From Octopus bimaculoides (Eukaryota), in NCBI RefSeq assembly GCF_001194135.2, contig NC_068984.1:43357865-43397030 (forward strand): 39,166 nt of DNA, given 5' to 3'. Of the stretch, positions 1 through 12,221 are shown piece by piece (within the stretch, counting starts at the first letter, position 1; the number at the start of each line of letters is the position of its first letter). The notes beneath the pieces are model-generated. The model saw only the letters and a list, made by a program, of their open reading frames with translations. It was not told where the DNA came from and did no database searches. The position numbers were made by a program, and so were the translations under genes.

Positions 1-519
1 GGTACAGGACATTGCAGACAAAACGTAGACAAGAAAATAATAATAACCAGAGTACAGAAAACACACAAGCCACATAGAGAACATTTTCCTTCATCAGCTA
101 CCCCCATTTTAACACCGGCGTTTCGAAGAGTTGGGCAGGACGCATCGTTAAAATGGCTCTTCCCATGGACCGCAAATTAAATTTGTATACACAAATTAAA
201 CCTGTGCGATGGAGGAATGTAGTGGTGGACAAAAAACAAGACAAGAAAACAAACGGAAACGAAAACAAGACAGGAAAACAAACGAAAAAGGCTATGCGGC
301 CAGACATGAAAAATTATGTGTATATGAACGCTGTGAGGCACGAACTGAAAGCTGGGACGAAGTAAGTTCGCGTGTTTACTCGGCGATAGCCAAGGAAGAA
401 AAGGATTAGTGACCGGAAGCATGTGACTAGGGAGGGGTAAGGAAGAGAGAGAGAGAGAGTGGTAGAGGGAGAAATAAGGGGAGGAAGTAGAAGAATAGGT
501 GAGCAACGAGAGAAAGAGA

Positions 520-665
520 GGAATATAGCAATAACAGAAGGAAGAACGAGAGGGGAAAGAGAGAGATATAGTAGTAACAGAAGGAAGAACGAGAGGGGAA
601 AGAGAGAGAGATATAGTAGTAACAGAAGGAAGAACGAGAGGGGTAAAGAGAGATACGTAGTAGTA
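520..665. repeat. Purine-rich minisatellite, about 43-45 bp unit, about 3 copies
   Basis: aacagaaggaagaacgagagggg..agagagagatatagtagt repeated at about 533, 576 and 621. Confidence 0.85.
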
Positions 666-775
666 GCAGAGGAAGAACAAGAGGGGGAAAAGTGATAGAG
701 AAAGAGATAGAGTCGCGTTAGAAAATATAAAGTTGAAAAAACTACTTACAACAGGGATGATGCAGACGTTCGATC

Positions 776-805
<30 letters not shown>

Positions 806-806
<1 letters not shown>

Positions 807-963
807 CGACGGTCTTCTTTCATTTTCGGTCTACTAAATCCACTCACAAGGCTTTGGTCGGCTCGGGGATATAGTAGAAGACACTTACTCAAAGGTCCAT
901 GCAGTGGAACTGAGTCCGGAACCATGTGGTTGGTAAGCAAGTTTCTTACCATACAACCACGCC
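806..963 (-). mobile_element. tRNA-derived SINE head (family A, cephalopod OR-like) ending in (TA)n
   Basis: Minus strand ggcgtggttgtatggtaagaaacttgc...ggttccggactcag... with A/B-box-like motifs; same sequence recurs at 7754, 11212, 21975, 37870. Confidence 0.85.
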
Positions 964-1369
964 CACCAGTTTAAACATCTCCGCTACGTCACTTTAAAAC
1001 TTTCAAAACGTCTGTCATAAGAGACACGTCAGTGCATTCAACATCTACTGGTTTTCAAAAGCCAAACATTTATATTTGATATAAACAACAATATCAGCTG
1101 CAATACACTGTACAGGGTAATTAAATAAACATCAGCGCCTCCACCGACAACACCAACGATCGGAACACACAGTAACAACTATTTCACAATAACAGCTTGA
1201 AATAATATATCTCTACTACAATGCCAAGCGTATGCCCTTATTAGATATTTTCCGAAAATCAGTCATTAGTAACCACTCAAAGACAGCAGGAATATAAAAC
1301 GGAAAATATGCAACTAACGCCTAAAAAGCGACTTTGACTCTTTCCTTCCATCACACGTCCCCAAAACAA

Positions 1370-2160
1370 ATCTAAAACTCAGATTCTCAGGACTAGACAA
1401 AATCACAAGCACCTAAAACTCTAATGGTCTGAAGGAATTTCTGACCTCATTTAATTTCTGTAACTATTCATACTAATATTGTTAAATTCTCAGACTTTGG
1501 TAGCTGGATAAAATTATAACAGATATCCCAAGTTAGCTAACATTCACCAGACCCATTACTCACCTATGCATATCCTTTCAAACGTTCGAGAAACCTAACC
1601 TTTGACATCACTAAACCTAAACACCCGCCTCTCGAAATCACAACACGGATTTAGACCGCTACACTCAACCATTACATTACTCACACGCGGAAAATATAAT
1701 GATGGCTTCGACAACAGAAGACTTCTCACACGTACAGTCAAACTAACATCGTTATCAGGGAATCTTCCTACTTCATTCTATGCTCTGTCTTTTCCCCCTT
1801 CTTTCACTTTCCGTCTATTAAATCCACTCACACTTTTAAACCTGTAATTACATTATATTTTTACGCCCTCATAAACATAAAGACAATCTCATGCACAGAT
1901 GATATCATGGTCACATCCTTTCGCCATTCTCTGGATACTACATCACATCTACTCTTGCTTTACATAAATCACTTAAAAAACTTGTCTCTGCAACCACAAA
2001 TTTAAAGCAACAATTGTCAAATTCACTGTTTCCGTGATTCTTAGTGACACCAGAGAAGATAAGGTACTATCAAACTCTACAACATAAACACACCATACAC
2101 ACAGAATATCAAAAACACAAAACCACTCCACAACATTTATAACACTGGTCAACACATGTT
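1370..2160 (+). mobile_element. Highly decayed non-LTR retrotransposon RT fragment (I/Jockey/CR1-like)
   Basis: SQHGFRPLHSTIT motif (about 1635-1675) and SCTDDIMVTS, a degenerate YADD motif (about 1890-1920); broken frames. Confidence 0.6.
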
Positions 2161-2854
2161 TTCTTGCACAAGGTTTATCAATGGTCTTTAGCTAATTTTG
2201 GGGTGCTGAATCCAGTTTCTGCTACCATAACACATGATTCTGCGTGTAACCGACAAATTTATAGAGAGCGAAAAAAAGCCTTTTCTAAGTAAAGAACTTT
2301 ATGCTCGTTTTTTTTTAAAAAAGAAATCCACAAGTCCGTTACCGATTCAGATTTTTGTCAGTTTCAATTGATTGGCATGTGTTGTGGGAAAGGTATCCGG
2401 TTCCCTGACCTCGTAACTGCATGTTGGTATGTGGAAAATATTTTTCTTAGCCGCTTCCCGACAAAGTAACAGTAATGAGAATGTGAAATATTTGAGGAAA
2501 ACAAACTTCGTATGAAAGGGCTGCTAAAAATGTAAAATGATAAACAACTAAGCATTCGGCATGTCAAATATACAACCCGATTTCGATTCCCAGTCAAAGA
2601 AATTTCACTTTACTTACGCTACTGATGCTATTGGAAAAGGTTTGCAATAATTTGAAATAGAGACATGTTAAGACGTCATTATGAATTCTAAACGGTCATA
2701 ACCCCGATTCTGTACTAGAAATACGTGTTTTGTTCATCAGGGAGAATAGTAATATGAGCTTACAACTACTAGTTTCGTATCATTTACACTCACGCACACC
2801 TACATACACATACACACACACATACACTCTCTCACACACACATGCACACTCACA

Positions 2855-2892
<38 letters not shown>

Positions 2893-3328
2893 TATATATA
2901 TACATTTACTTATACGTATGCTTTATATANNNNNNNNNNNNNNNNNNNNNNNNNNNNNNNNNNNNNNNNNNNNNNNNNNNNNNNNNNNNNNNNNNNNNNN
3001 NNNNNNNNNNNNNNNNNNNNNNNNNNNNNNNNNNNNNNNNNNNNNNNNNNNNNNNNNNNNNNNNNNNNNNNNNNNNNNNNNNNNNNNNNNNNNNNNNNNN
3101 NNNNNNNNNNNNNNNNNNNNNNNNNNNNNNNNNNNNNNNNNNNNNNNNNNNNNNNNNNNNNNNNNNNNNNNNNNNNNNNNNNNNNNNNNNNNNNNNNNNN
3201 NNNNNNNNNNNNNNNNNNNNNNNNNNNNNNNNNNNNNNNNNNNNNNNNNNNNNNNNNNNNNNNNNNNNNNNNNNNNNNNNNNNNNNNNNNNNNNNNNNNN
3301 NNNNNNNNNNNNNNNNNNNNNNNNNNNN

Positions 3329-3684
3329 GTCGAGGGTTACACTTGATCAGATCAACGAAACAGCCTGCTCGTGAAATTAAAGTGCAAGTGGCTGAGCACT
3401 CCACAGACACGTGCACCCTTAACGTAGTTCTCGGGGATATTCAGCGTGACACAGCGTGACAAGGCTGACCCTTTGAATTACAAGCACAGCAGAAACAGGA
3501 AGTAAGAGTGAGAGAAAGTTGTGGTGGAAGAGTATAGCAGGGTTCACCACCATCCCCTGCCGGAGCCTCGTGAAGCTTTAGGTGTTTTCGCTCAATAAAC
3601 ACTCAAAACGCCCGGTCTGGGAATCGAAGCCGTGATCCTATGACCGCCAGTCTGCTGCACTAACTACTGGGCCATTGCGCCTCC
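3329..3684 (-). mobile_element. tRNA-derived SINE (family C), truncated by assembly gap
   Basis: Minus strand begins ggaggcgcaatggcccagtagttag (A box) ... gcttcgattccc (B box), followed by a non-tRNA body. Confidence 0.8.
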
Positions 3685-3790
3685 ACTCGGTTATTTGTAT
3701 AACTTTGAGTATAAATAAGTTATTTATTATTGTTGATGTGTATAAGTTAATGACTTGTGAAATTTCGTGTTCGTTTAATGTTATAATATT

Positions 3791-4010
3791 CTTTTCTACT
3801 CTAGGCACAAAGCTCAAAAGTTAATTTGGGGGTGGGGGGTGGCGGGGTATTCGATTAGATGGGCCCCAGTACGCAATTGGTACTTAATTTATCGACCCCG
3901 AAAGGATGAAAGGTAATGTTGACCTCGGCAGAATTGAACTCAGAACGTAAAGACATGAAATACCGCTAAGCATTTTGCCTGGCGTGCTAACGTTTCTGCC
4001 CGCTCGTTGC
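3791..4010 (-). mobile_element. tRNA-derived SINE (family B, OK-like), tail type 1
   Basis: Matches copies at 5370, 5570, 33177 (…cagaaacgttagcacgcc…gagttcaa…tcctttcggggtcgataaattaagtacc…gtgcctagagtagaaaa). Confidence 0.85.
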
Positions 4011-4214
4011 CTTCTTTAATATAAATAATCAAGATTGAGGATCTTTCTGATTTGACGGGCACCACTTGTTTTCTTAACGAAACACTTTCAAACTTGGCAT
4101 ACTGGTAGAATGTGTCATATAAAACATCTTTTTCTCTTAGCCTTCTTAACAAAAATTTCTTCTTAATAAGTTATTTCATGTTAAAGTTGTCGTATTTCTG
4201 TAATTTCAACCAAT

Positions 4215-4608
4215 TCAGCAGAGACTGAAGGATTTTTAATTGCAGCACAAGATCAAAGCCTTCCCACGAGAAACCACAAAAAAACCCACATAATGAAAAG
4301 AAATACAAGTAACTGCAGAATATGTGGTGATGGATATTGTCTCTCCCTGCCCAGTCCTGTACAGAGTTGGGACCTATATACACTGGAAGCTTTGCCAACT
4401 GGAAGCTATAGAATAACAACAGAAAAAAAGATGGTATAGGCACACTCCAGAAAAGGTCACAGAAAATGAGAAAGCAACCATACTCTGGGATATGCCGATA
4501 CACACAGATAGAGAAATTAACAGCACCACAACATGTCACAGCACATACCCAAGGCACACAGACCTGCGCTCGGTAATGCAGTGAAAGCACGTGATAAAAT
4601 TAAGACTA

Positions 4609-4611
<3 letters not shown>
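4215..4611 (+). mobile_element. R4/Dong-like RLE non-LTR retrotransposon 3' fragment, internally deleted
   Basis: Plus-strand translation SAETEGFLIAAQDQSLPTRN...CRICGDG and RHTPEKVTENEKATILWDMPIHTDREI, typical of the post-RT/CCHC region of R4-clade ORFs; abuts (AAT)n. Confidence 0.8.
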
Positions 4612-4689
<78 letters not shown>

Positions 4690-4705
4690 CATCATAATGA
4701 TAATA
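4612..4705. repeat. (AAT)n microsatellite
   Basis: Direct reading. Confidence 0.95.
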
Positions 4706-5369
4706 AAGCTGAAGTGAAGACCAAACATAGTACGTGTGTTTAATTGGCGAAATATGACCATCTCCAAACAAAAATATCTTTCAAACATACGATTTCACAT
4801 CAGGAATCTTGTAAAACAAATACATGCATACGTAAGCAAATACANNNNNNNNNNNNNNNNNNNNNNNNNNGCCCCCCCCCACACATGGAAATTGTATTTT
4901 TAAGGAAATTGTTTTGGATGTCAGCAATGAATAATAACAAAAGCACGCTAAAATACTTTAGTTTCTCTTGATTATTGAGGTCAGTAAAAACCCATCCCTC
5001 AAATTGGATATTGCTCATAACTTGCCATAGTAAGTACGTGCAGCAATTGAAGGAGCATTGTAGAAATAGCGTAACAAATTTGTATCCTTTTTGGCTACTG
5101 AACACGTTAAGAGTTTATTATGTTTCGCTCTATTGTACAAATAAGAACAGATAGTTATATTAATGAATATATTAATGTATATTACGATTCATCAACGCTC
5201 CCAAAAGTATTCAACAACAGCTGAATTGTCCTTTTTGAAGGTGTGGATGTGAAAAAGACACTTAACTGTTGACCCACTTTGTTGCAAATAAAGATCAGAA
5301 AAGAAGGGATCGAGAAAAGTTGCCGATCCAAGTAGCAGCAGTGTAATATTGATACAATGACAAAAATTT

Positions 5370-5780
5370 CGGCAGATGGAGGTAATTCAATTACATCGAC
5401 TCTAGTACTTCGCTGGTACTTATTTTATTCACCCCGAAAAGATGAAAGGTAAAGTCAACCTCAGCGGAATTTGAACTCAGAACATGAAAACGGACGAAAT
5501 GTCGATAAGCAATATTCCCGGCGTGCTAAAGATTCTGCCAGGTCACTGCCTTACAGAAGTGTAATATCAGTTTCAAATTTCGACACATCGCCAGCAATTT
5601 CGGGAGAGAGGTTAAGTAGATTACATCGACCCTAGTGTTCTGGTACTTATTTTATCTATTCCGGAAGTATGAAAGGCAAAGTCGACCTCAGCGGAATTTG
5701 AACTCAGAACGTGAAGACGGACGAAATGCTGCTAAATATTTTGGCTGGCGTGCTAACGATTCTGCCAGCTTGCTGCCTTC
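5370..5780 (-). mobile_element. Two adjacent older family-B SINE copies (about 5370-5545 and 5570-5780)
   Basis: Each contains gattacatcgac…gaaagg(c/t)aaagtc(g/a)acctcagcggaatttgaactcagaac…ggcgtgctaa. Confidence 0.8.
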
Positions 5781-5954
5781 CTTGATGTGTATTTTGAAAT
5801 GTGTAATTGTTTGTTTCCCTTTGCTTTTTACTTTGATTCACTTCTAAATGTATTGGCATTCTATACAAAGTTGAATTTCGGCATCATTATTACATACGAT
5901 TAAAAACCATTAAATGTAACGATTAACTGTGATGATTATCTTTTTTTTAATTCG

Positions 5955-6110
5955 TTTATCTATTAACTTGATTCAGTCATTAGACTGCGACCATTCTGGA
6001 GCACCGAAGCCTGGTACATATTCAATCGGTCTCTTATTGCCGAAGTTACAGAGACGTAAACAAACTACCACCGGTTGACAAGCGCTGGTATGGTGGGTGT
6101 AAATAAAATG
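5955..6110 (-). mobile_element. 3' tail of family-A SINE, internally deleted
   Basis: cagtcattagactgcgaccattctggagcacc…cggttgacaagcg matches 37645-37810. Confidence 0.7.
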
Positions 6111-6149
6111 ATACGTACACACATACATAATAATGGAAGTCTGACGGGG

Positions 6150-7575
6150 TTCGACAATGACGTCAGCTCAGTCAGCTTGATGGCAACAGCTTTACCTCCC
6201 TCTTTGAAGATCTCTGGGGGTATTCCATCAGGACCAGGTGCTTTCCCCACATGTAGTTGCTTGATGGCCTTCTGGATTTCTGCCTGTGTTGGGAGGTCAT
6301 CAAGTGACACCAGGACTCGGCACTGTGGCATGTCTTAGATGGCATGCTGGTCAATCTGGGATGGTCTGTTTAGCAGCTGACTGACGTGTTCACTCCAGCG
6401 CTGTATGATGTCGCTCTTCTCAGTAAGCAGGGTTCCATCGGCAGAGCGCACAGGTGCCATTGCATTTAACGTGGGGCCATACACGTCTTTCAGGCCGGCA
6501 AAGAACTTCTTGGAGTTGTGCTCGTCTGCATGCCGCTGTAGTTCTGCAGCCTTGTTTTCCCACCACTTGTCTTTCATCTGTCGCAGCTCAGTCTGCATCT
6601 TTCCTCTGATGTTCTTGAGGCTCTCGTGCTTGGCTTGGGAGTCTTTGTCGTTGAGCCAGGCTGTGAAGGCTTCTTTCTTCTCCTGGAGGAAGGTGGTGAT
6701 CTCCTTGTTGTCAAACCAGTCTTGGTGTTTCCGTTTTGTGTGGCCAAGGGTAAGGCTGGCAGAGTCATACACTGCATCCCAGAAGTTGGCCCAGGCCTTT
6801 TCAAGGTTTCCCTCTGCTGGCAGATGTTCAAGCTGGTTCGCAAGGTTGGCAATGAGGGTCTCTTTTATTTTTGGTTCATTGAGTTTCTGGACGTCCAGCT
6901 TCTTTTTAACATCAGCTTTCTGGCGTCTGTATCTGCTGACGATGAAAAGGACAGCCTGCACCTCAACAGCAGGTGATCTGTCCAGCTGTCAGCTCCCCTC
7001 ATTGCCCTGGTGATGCGAACATCCTGGATGTCACGTCGCCTGGTGATCACATAGTCAATCAGGTGGCAATGCTTGGACCTTGGGTGCATCCAGGTAGCCT
7101 TGTGGACGTCAGGCAGTTGATACAGAGTATTGGTGATGGTGAGTCTCTGTTCAGTGCAGAAGGTGAGTAGCAGTTGACCGTTGGTATTCTCATGTCCGAT
7201 GGCATGTGGCCCGATGACATCTGGCCAAGACTGGGCATCTCTGTCTACACGGGCATTGAAGTCCCCAAGTATTAGCAGCTTATCGTCTTTAGGAACTGAC
7301 CGTAGCACTTTGGTGAGGTTCTGATAAAACAGTTCTCTCTGCCTCAGAGTGTAGGTCGCGGTGGGGGCGTAAGCATTGATGAGTGTCAGGTGCATCTTGC
7401 TTTGGAGAGGAATTCTCATCACCATCAGGCGGTCGCTGATCCCTCATGGGAGGGACTCCAGGTTCTTGACGAGGGCGGTGCGAATGGCAAAGCCAACTCC
7501 TGCTTCCCTGCGTTCATTCTGTGCCTTCCCTGACCAAAAGAAGTGTATCCAGCCTCGGTGTTCTCCCCCGTATCA
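6150..7575 (-). mobile_element. RTE-clade LINE fragment: APE endonuclease, linker and start of RT; frameshifted
   Basis: INAYAPT, LGDFNARV, WMHPRSKHCHLIDYV, TDH endonuclease motifs (7425-6970); KHQDWFD linker; KAPGPDGIPPEIFK RT start; GC-rich relative to flanks. Confidence 0.93.
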
Positions 7576-7583
7576 AGGGAGAT

Positions 7584-7683
7584 CATACATACATGCATAC
7601 ATACATACATGCATACATACATACATACATGCATACATACATACATACATACATGCATACATACATACATGCATGTGTGTTTG

Positions 7684-7752
<69 letters not shown>
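7584..7752. repeat. Compound microsatellite (CATA)n-(TG)-(TA)n-(GA)n
   Basis: Direct reading. Confidence 0.95.
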
Positions 7753-7753
<1 letters not shown>

Positions 7754-7754
<1 letters not shown>

Positions 7755-7878
7755 GCTTCTTTCAGTTTTCGTCGACTAAACCCACTCACAAGGTTTTGGT
7801 CAACGTGGGTTTATTGTAGTGGCACTGAATCTGGAACCATGTAGTTAAGAAGTAAACTTCTTACCACACAGCCACACC
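7754..7878 (-). mobile_element. Family-A SINE head, internally deleted
   Basis: ggcttctttcagttttcg…cactcacaagg…ggaaccatgt…cttaccacacagccacacc. Confidence 0.75.
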
Positions 7879-8424
7879 ATCGTAAACATATGAATGAGGC
7901 GGTCTGAAATCTGTGAAACCCAACGGTGATGTACCGACAAGTTCTTAAATTCAACAGGCCCTGCATTTTAACGGCATAACTGATGTAAATCTGTTACAAA
8001 AAGGATTCGTAACCAGATTGCTATACAAACATACGCAACGGCTCACCTCATTCATTTACACAGTCATAAGAATTAACTTCCTCACCGGAACTGACTGACA
8101 TTGCTTTTTCCTATTTGGCCACTGTTGTGATCTCAATGTGTATCCTATCTCCTATAGTAGTGACCATGCCGAACTGATGAACGAATTTAAAGTGGAGCTA
8201 ACGTAAACATTTACGTCCTACACATTTTGTCAACGAGTTTTCTTATAGTTTATTGTACACTCATTCACATTTATGCATAACAAATATTGCACTTTTCCCC
8301 TACGTCCATCCACAGACCCACGCACGCACACACATAACTTCTTTTATCTTATATTTCTTGTTTTAAGTCTTTGGATTGCGGTCACGTAAGCAAACCAGCA
8401 TCGATGGTCAAGCGATGGCGGGAA

Positions 8425-8442
8425 CACACACACACACACACA

Positions 8443-8474
<32 letters not shown>

Positions 8475-8509
8475 TATATACACACACACATACACACACA
8501 CACACACGA

Positions 8510-8545
<36 letters not shown>

Positions 8546-8596
8546 CACACGTGTATACATACAAACTTATATCTATATACATCTGTATGTGTGTAT

Positions 8597-8670
<74 letters not shown>

Positions 8671-8744
8671 TTTACAAATATATATGTATGTATATGCATA
8701 CATATACATACATATATACATATACATGCACATTTTTTTGTGTG

Positions 8745-8820
<76 letters not shown>
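8425..8820. repeat. Compound (CA)/(CT)/(TA)/(TG) microsatellite block
   Basis: Direct reading. Confidence 0.95.
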
Positions 8821-8822
<2 letters not shown>

Positions 8823-9606
8823 ACGAAGGGGTATACTCTTTATGTTGCATGACTCGGTTCTCTGTTTTTCTCGTTCGAAAAAAAGTTCGTTTTTATGTTT
8901 TCGCTTCTCATTTTGCTCACCTTATAGTAAGTATGTATCTGAATTTTGTACGATTCTTTTACTCTATCTTTTAGTCCCCCTCATACTTTCTTCCACTTTT
9001 CTTTTTCTTGCTCCCCCTCTCTCACATTTCTTGGCCTTCTCTTTCTTTAACTCCCACTTTTCCACCTCGTTTATCTCCCCTGTACTTTTGCCTTTGTCTG
9101 TTTGATTTTTTTTTCTAATCCTTCAATCCCGCTTCCCCCAACCCCCTCCCTCCTTCCACGTGACCGGTGTTCGGCCAGCCATGATCTTTCTTTCTTGGTC
9201 TGACTGCCGACCGCCATCACTTTTTATGTCCATATCTTATGTTCCTGCCTTAAGGCTTTCATTTTATACATGCCAGTACAATTTGATTCATCCTCAGTCG
9301 AAAGATACCAGTTGTTATATTCTTGTTGTTTGCATTTGTAGTTATGTACCATGTTCTCCGTTTTTTGTTTTTGTTGTCGTATACATTCGCTAGCTTTCTC
9401 GCAAAAATCTAATTCTCTTAGCTTAAACATTTTTGAGGGCAACCAGATCGAACAGTCTCAAGTGTAACTGCCCGAAACTGTAAGCAAATCTGGTAACTTG
9501 ACTGACGAAAGAAGGCCACGAATGACCCGTCCTTTTTTTTTCCTGTCCCTCTAACTGTTGTTTTTCCTATCCGCCTTTGTACCGTCTATCTATTGCGTTT
9601 TTGTTC

Positions 9607-9637
<31 letters not shown>

Positions 9638-9641
<4 letters not shown>

Positions 9642-9812
9642 GTTGTCCGGAAAGTTCGTGCCGATTTATAATAGCTTACCTTTCGACTTATTTACCATGA
9701 AACCACCTCAATTCTGGGAAGAGGGTATTTTCAAGTTAAAGGAAAGATGGAGACGCATTGTGCAACATAATGGTTCATATTTGGTTGATTAAGAATGTAA
9801 TGGAAAGTATTT
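9638..9812 (+). mobile_element. Internally deleted mariner element in (TA)n, right end lost in gap
   Basis: TA then ttgggttgtccggaaagttcgtgccgattt (mariner-type TIR) joined to transposase C-terminus FWEEGIFKLKERWRRIVQHNGSYLVD*. Confidence 0.8.
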
Positions 9813-11059
9813 NNNNNNNNNNNNNNNNNNNNNNNNNNNNNNNNNNNNNNNNNNNNNNNNNNNNNNNNNNNNNNNNNNNNNNNNNNNNNNNNNNNNNNNN
9901 NNNNNNNNNNNNNNNNNNNNNNNNNNNNNNNNNNNNNNNNNNNNNNNNNNNNNNNNNNNNNNNNNNNNNNNNNNNNNNNNNNNNNNNNNNNNNNNNNNNN
10001 NNNNNNNNNNNNNNNNNNNNNNNNNNNNNNNNNNNNNNNNNNNNNNNNNNNNNNNNNNNNNNCACACGCACGCACAAAAACATACACATACACACACGCG
10101 CACGTACAAAATACACACACACACGCACACGTACCCAACACCTACAACCCCACACAAACACACACACGAACACACACATACTCAAAAACTGCCTGTTGAC
10201 GCTCCACTCACCATTGTCCGTAAGCACCCACTAACTATTCCTGCTACTAATTCCTTCCACTACGTCACACACACACACACAAACACACATGCACACTAAC
10301 AGATAAACCACCAAACCATGCACACACACACACACACACACACACATACATACGCACACACACGTTCTGTTATCACACACACACTCGCAGACTCTCGCNN
10401 NNNNNNNNNNNNNNNNNNNNNNNNNNNNNNNNNNNNNNNNNNNNNNNNNNNNNNNNNNNNNNNNNNNNNNNNNNNNNNNNNNNNNNNNNNNNNNNNNNNN
10501 NNNNNNNNNNNNNNNNNNNNNNNNNNNNNNNNNNNNNNNNNNNNNNNNNNNNNNNNNNNNNNNNNNNNNNNNNNNNNNNNNNNNNNNNNNNNNNNNNNNN
10601 NNNNNNNNNNNNNNNNNNNNNNNNNNNNNNNNNNNNNNNNNNNNNNNNNNNNNNNNNNNNNNNNNNNNNNNNNNNNNNNNNNNNNNNNNNNNNNNNNNNN
10701 NNNNNNNNNNNNNNNNNNNNNNNNNNNNNNNNNNNNNNNNNNNNNNNNNNNNNNNNNNNNNNNNNNNNNNNNNNNNNNNNNNNNNNNNNNNNNNNNNNNN
10801 NNNNNNNNNNNNNNNNNNNNNNNNNNNNNNNNNNNNNNNNNNNNNNNNNNNNNNNNNNNNNNNNNNNNNNNNNNNNNNNNNNNNNNNNNNNNNNNNNNNN
10901 NNNNNNNNNNNNNNNNNNNNNNNNNNNNNNNNNNNNNNNNNNNNNNNNNNNNNNNNNNNNNNNNNNNNNNNNNNNNNNNNNNNNNNNNNNNNNNNNNNNN
11001 NNNNNNNNNNNNNNNNNNNNNNNNNNNNNNNNNNNNNNNNNNNNNNNATATATATATAC

Positions 11060-11094
<35 letters not shown>

Positions 11095-11292
11095 GATAGA
11101 TAGATACATACATACATACATACATAGATACATACATACATGCATACATGCATGCATACATACATACATACATACATACATACATGCATACATACATACA
11201 CATGTATATATACGATGGGTGTCTTTCAGTTTCTGTCTGCCAAATTTACTCACAAAGCTTTGGTCGGCTCGGCGCTGTAGTAGAAGACACTT

Positions 11293-11486
11293 ATTCCTTT
11301 ATTGCCCACAAGGGGCTAAACATAGAGGGGGACAAACAAGGACAGACAAATGGATTAAGTCGATTACATCGACCCCAGTGCGTAACTGGTTCTTAAATTT
11401 ATCTACTTCGAAAGGATGATAGGCAAAGTCGACCTCGGTGGAATTTGAACTTAGAACGTAACGGCAGACGAAATACCGCCAAGCAC
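11293..11486 (-). mobile_element. 5'-truncated family-B SINE, tail type 2, with 11-bp TSD
   Basis: TSD agaagacactt at 11282-11292 and 11487-11497; body matches 32955-33176. Confidence 0.92.
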
Positions 11487-12221
11487 AGAAGACACTTGCT
11501 CAAGGTAATTTGCAGTGGGACTGAACCCAAGATTACATAGTGGGAAAGCAAGCTTCTTTATTTCATTAAATTGGCCATTAAGGCCTTACAAAGAGCGGAC
11601 AAACAAGGACAGACAAACGTAAAGAAGCTGCGGGCTGGACACGGACATTAATGAGATGAGGGTGATAACAAAAAAAAAGGTTGAAATAAAAAATGGGAGG
11701 TGCACCGGCGCCCACCGACCGATAACCCCTCGAATACATTTGTTCGAGCTAAGTCCATATATTTATAGTCACAATACATCACTTCATATGCCTTTCAAGC
11801 AGGCTCTCTGCCGCACACAGGCAGTTCTCCATGTTCAGCNNNNNNNNNNNNNNNNNNNNNNNNNNNNNNNNNNNNNNNNNNNNNNNNNNNNNNNNNNNNN
11901 NNNNNNNNNNNNNNNNNNNNNNNNNNNNNNNNNNNNNNNNNNNNNNNNNNNNNNNNNNNNNNNNNNNNNNNNNNNNNNNNNNNNNNNNNNNNNNNNNNNN
12001 NNNNNNNNNNNNNNNNNNNNNNNNNNNNNNNNNNNNNNNNNNNNNNNNNNNNNNNNNNNNNNNNNNNNNNNNNNNNNNNNNNNNNNNNNNNNNNNNNNNN
12101 NNNNNNNNNNNNNNNNNNNNNNNNNNNNNNNNNNNNNNNNNNNNNNNNNNNNNNNNNNNNNNNNNNNNNNNNNNNNNNNNNNNNNNNNNNNNNNNNNNNN
12201 NNNNNNNNNNNNNNNNNNNNN

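Noticed and set aside
60-160. Minus-strand CTGATGA and GAAAC motifs with a 10-bp inverted repeat (104-113/147-156)
   Set aside because: No register gives valid stems I-III with an NUH site; at best a dead relic of a repeat
2730-3459. Long ORFs spanning N runs (also 9731-11253, 11656-12472, 13195-13538, 14552-15148, 24742-25069)
   Set aside because: Artefacts of translating assembly gaps
7885-8260. Possible old mariner relic
   Set aside because: Only vague motif similarity and no TIR pair
8344-9105. HT/CV/YI-rich ORFs here and elsewhere
   Set aside because: Translations of dinucleotide and tetranucleotide microsatellites
9480-9535. GAAAC…GTA and CTGACGA motifs close together
   Set aside because: Stems I and II cannot be formed in a hammerhead topology
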